Virus record (IMG/VR): IMGVR_UViG_3300012952_000023
Location: 3,595 to 67,594 of that record
DNA: 64,000 bases
From: a virus
Taxonomy: Duplodnaviria > Caudoviricetes
Reading direction: 5' to 3' (one strand)
The notes beneath the pieces are model-generated. The model was not told the origin of the DNA and searched no databases. It was given only the letters and a program-made list of their open reading frames with translations. Positions 61,892 to 64,000 of this stretch are shown piece by piece. The stretch's first letter is position 1. Every line of letters starts with the position of its first letter. The position numbers and the translations under genes are program-made.

Positions 61892-62988
61892 GGATCTGGG
61901 GATTCTCTCAGTTGAGTCACACATTGTTCTTCGCATTCTGGATCAGCTAGATAGCATTCGCTTACACAACTGAAATATTCTTCCACAGGGTCGCAAGGAA
62001 TATCAATTTTCACAGCTGCTTGGCAAGTAGTATAAGACACTGCTATTACTTCGTAATCTAAATTATTTTGAGAGCAAAAAGTATCTAATGCTTGATATTC
62101 GTTTTCTTTCCAAGTCTCGTGAGCTATGAATTCGTCAAATATCAGAATTGTATTTTTATCTATAACAGATTTAGAGTGGTTTAAAGCACATAGTGTAGAA
62201 GAATAGAGGTCAGCATCGAAATGTAAGATTGATGCGAGAGGTCTAGTACCATTGAAAAAATCTGGCAAAGTATCTTCGAAGTTTCCTGAAATAAATGTTC
62301 CTCCTTGTATGTTGGGGATCTTCCCCTTGGCAGAAAAATCCCCTTTATTAAATTGATTCCAGGACTCAGGTAGACCAGTGAAATTATCGAAGCCAAATCC
62401 TTGCTTAAAACTCTTAACTAAGTATTTAAACGAGCCTCCTTCATATACCCCAAATTCATAGAAAGGTCTACTTGTAATACTTCTTTTTACTATCTCATCG
62501 TAAAAGAATTCTCTATGAAAAAAGAGATCAGGTATTTCAGGTAGGGTTAAGATCCATTCGAGTGACTCGAATAAGGGGTTTTTATCTGTATATTTTTTGA
62601 GTAATTGTTCATACAAAGTATGATCACCTTGATGCAGTTTTACTGCACTTAGGTGCATTAGAGCAGGGATATCGTTCTTCTTAATACTTAAACAATGTTC
62701 TAAGTGTTGGGAGGCTTGTTCTTTATCTTCTGATAATAAGAACAGATTCCAAATTGCATTTCTGTAATAAGGTCTTAGTTCTACCGCTTTACGAATCGAT
62801 TCTTTTGCTTCTTGGAATTTTCCTAGAGAAATTAGGATGGTTCCTAAATTGGAATAAGCCTCGGCAAAAGCAGGATCTAAACGAATAGCTTCACGAACAT
62901 GTTCTTCAGCTTGAGTGAAATTCTCAAGCTGTTTTAATTCGTTTGCTTTTAGATTTAACTGAAATGCTCGAGACTTTATTCCTAACAT
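61867..62988 (-). CDS. TPR plus class I SAM-dependent (TylF-like) methyltransferase with a Cys-rich C-terminal tag
   Basis: TPR (AIRLDPAFAEAYSNLG); EFGVYEGGS, GFDNFTGLPE, HFDADLYSST and IFDEF; tail DPVEEYFSCVSEC...CEEQC. Confidence 0.8.
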   Translation of the reverse strand: MLGIKSRAFQLNLKANELKQLENFTQAEEHVREAIRLDPAFAEAYSNLGTILISLGKFQEAKESIRKAVELRPYYRNAIWNLFLLSEDKEQASQHLEHCLSIKKNDIPALMHLSAVKLHQGDHTLYEQLLKKYTDKNPLFESLEWILTLPEIPDLFFHREFFYDEIVKRSITSRPFYEFGVYEGGSFKYLVKSFKQGFGFDNFTGLPESWNQFNKGDFSAKGKIPNIQGGTFISGNFEDTLPDFFNGTRPLASILHFDADLYSSTLCALNHSKSVIDKNTILIFDEFIAHETWKENEYQALDTFCSQNNLDYEVIAVSYTTCQAAVKIDIPCDPVEEYFSCVSECYLADPECEEQCVTQLRESPDPQLDVCSF

Positions 62989-62989
62989 T

Positions 62990-63127
62990 TCACCTAACAG
63001 GCTGACGTGTAACTCTTGTATATTTTACGTCGCCAATGGTCTTTTGATCTGTAATTTTATAGTAATTACACCCTCTCCAAGTGAGAGAGACACTATTGAA
63101 ATGACTGGTCTTTAAGGAAATGTTCAT
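62990..63127 (-). CDS. Possible 45-aa peptide with an LT(W)RG motif
   Basis: MNISLKTSHFNSVSLTWRGCNYYK..., the 3' half of ORF 62990..63250; no clear SD. Confidence 0.35.
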   Translation of the reverse strand: MNISLKTSHFNSVSLTWRGCNYYKITDQKTIGDVKYTRVTRQPVR

Positions 63128-63153
63128 GGTGATACAGTAGCGATTGTTACAAT
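63122..63153 (+). promoter_or_regulatory. NtcA box(es) overlapping a -10 element
   Basis: GTA-GCGATTGT-TAC at 63137-50 is a perfect GTA-N8-TAC and overlaps TACAAT at 63148-53; a second GTT-N8-TAC lies at 63122-35. Confidence 0.65.
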
Positions 63154-63164
63154 AAAGGAGAAAG

Positions 63165-63224
63165 CGTCGGACCGCAAGGTCGCAACCATCAACACCATAC
63201 GACGGGGGTGTTGCTGATTGGAGG
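63165..63224 (+). ncRNA. Glutamine-II (Downstream-peptide)-like riboswitch
   Basis: 5' CGTCG pairs with loop CGACG (63200-04); GACC-GCAA-GGTC hairpin; CAACACC/GGTGTTG stem; CCATACGACGGGG loop; ends on the GGAGG SD. Confidence 0.75.
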
Positions 63225-63230
63225 TTATCC

Positions 63231-63335
63231 ATGACTTGCTCTACTACCAAATCCGCTAAGAAGACAACAGTTTTGACTTATCGCGGAGTGAAGTACAACC
63301 AAGCCAAGATTTCTTGCGAAAGAATCGCAGCTTAA
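63231..63335 (+). CDS. DUF4278-like peptide (34 aa, not in ORF track)
   Basis: MTCSTTKSAKKTTVLTYRGVKYNQAKISCERIAA; LTYRGVKY signature; GGAGG SD 6 nt upstream. Confidence 0.8.
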   Translation: MTCSTTKSAKKTTVLTYRGVKYNQAKISCERIAA

Positions 63336-63355
63336 CAATTAGTTAAATAAGAAGT

Positions 63356-63384
63356 AGGAGGGCTTAGTCCCTCCTTTTCTTTTT
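63356..63384 (+). terminator. Rho-independent terminator
   Basis: AGGAGGG-CTTAGT-CCCTCCT followed by TTTCTTTTT. Confidence 0.8.
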
Positions 63385-63453
63385 GAGAGTAAGAAATAAA
63401 TTCGAATAAGCAGCAATAACAAGAAGGACTAGTAAAAAAGTATTGATTGTCAT
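63364..63453 (-). CDS. Small single-TM peptide with a basic tail (29 aa, not in ORF track)
   Basis: MTINTFLLVLLVIAAYSNLFLTLKKKRRD; ATGA overlap with the upstream stop. Confidence 0.5.
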   Translation of the reverse strand: MTINTFLLVLLVIAAYSNLFLTLKKKRRD

Positions 63454-63686
63454 TCACCTATACCATCCAGCCAAATACATTGCATTTTGACTTGTTTAAT
63501 AAAGTCGTGATAACAGAGACCACGATCAATACCAGCAGTTACTCCTAACCATTTCAAATCCTGTTTAAAGCAGGCAGATAAATACTCGGCCTTGTCTCTT
63601 TCCATTCGAATGGTGACCCAATCTTTTCCTGAAAAAGGATTCTTCGTTGGAGCTGGGTTAATTTCTACACTATTTTTGTTCTTCAT
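63450..63686 (-). CDS. Hypothetical protein
   Basis: 78-aa coupled ORF. Confidence 0.5.
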   Translation of the reverse strand: MKNKNSVEINPAPTKNPFSGKDWVTIRMERDKAEYLSACFKQDLKWLGVTAGIDRGLCYHDFIKQVKMQCIWLDGIGE

Positions 63687-64000
63687 GCTTCTATCCTTAA
63701 TGCAGTTTCGTTTAGATATATAACTAATTCACCTCCATCTATTATTCTGTCCAGTTGTTCTTTTGTTAAAGGTATTGACTCTGCGAAATCATCACCGCTG
63801 ACTCTGTGTGTTTTTTCCCAAAGAGTGTCTTTATTAGCTTCTGTTGGTTTGTATCCAACAGCATAAGAGACAAGGGAAGAATCTCTCTTAAAGGCACTCA
63901 TAATGTAAATACCTTCGTCTTTAACAAGCCAGAAACTTTTGTCAGAACTGTAAGCATCTTGGAAAGGAATTTTAAACTTTTTATGTACGAGTGTTTCTCT
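63683..64000 (-). CDS. DUF3085-like protein, 5'-truncated by the window edge
   Basis: The frame is open from 64000: FWLVKDEGIYIMS...VSYAVGY.P...W...SGDDFAESI. Confidence 0.7.
   Translation of the reverse strand, partial: RETLVHKKFKIPFQDAYSSDKSFWLVKDEGIYIMSAFKRDSSLVSYAVGYKPTEANKDTLWEKTHRVSGDDFAESIPLTKEQLDRIIDGGELVIYLNETALRIEA

Noticed and set aside
63128-63250. 5' half of track ORF 62990..63250
   Set aside because: It is the reverse complement of the riboswitch and SD region, which is better explained as plus-strand RNA structure
1-64000. tRNA genes, integrase/att sites, DNA polymerase
   Set aside because: No T-loop/cloverleaf pattern, recombinase or polymerase motif was found by eye; they may lie outside the window, and tRNAscan-SE would be decisive

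Overview
A 64 kb slice of a tailed dsDNA cyanophage genome. The D1 sequence and the four-gene hli cluster point to a Prochlorococcus-type host. The gene order of terminase, portal, overlapping scaffold and a capsid protein starting MWIDNDFPKLLGAELYRPHP recalls the S-EIV1-like marine cyanophage group; this is from memory, not a search. Positions 1-33 kb are a mostly plus-strand morphogenesis block: probable internal virion proteins, TerL, portal, scaffold, a two-domain endolysin, major capsid, head completion and tail fibre genes. A minus-strand insert at 13.2-16.8 kb carries two tandem LAGLIDADG-like genes head-to-head with the capsid gene. Positions 33-46 kb hold small accessory genes, a cluster of signal-peptide proteins, nucleotide metabolism genes and a second DUF4214-rich structural module. 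Positions 46-58 kb are a minus-strand replication module (primase/VapE helicase, exonuclease, SSBs, clamp-like protein) with an iteron-like repeat array and a four-gene hli insert. Positions 58-64 kb hold host-derived genes: psbA with a structured leader, 2OG-Fe(II) oxygenases and a TPR-methyltransferase. The best candidate system lies at 63.1-63.4 kb and is missed by the ORF track: an NtcA box overlapping a -10 element, a glutamine-II (Downstream-peptide)-like riboswitch and a 34-aa DUF4278-like peptide, followed by a terminator. No tRNA, CRISPR array, integrase, reverse transcriptase or DNA polymerase was recognised in the window. All family assignments come from motif recognition by eye.
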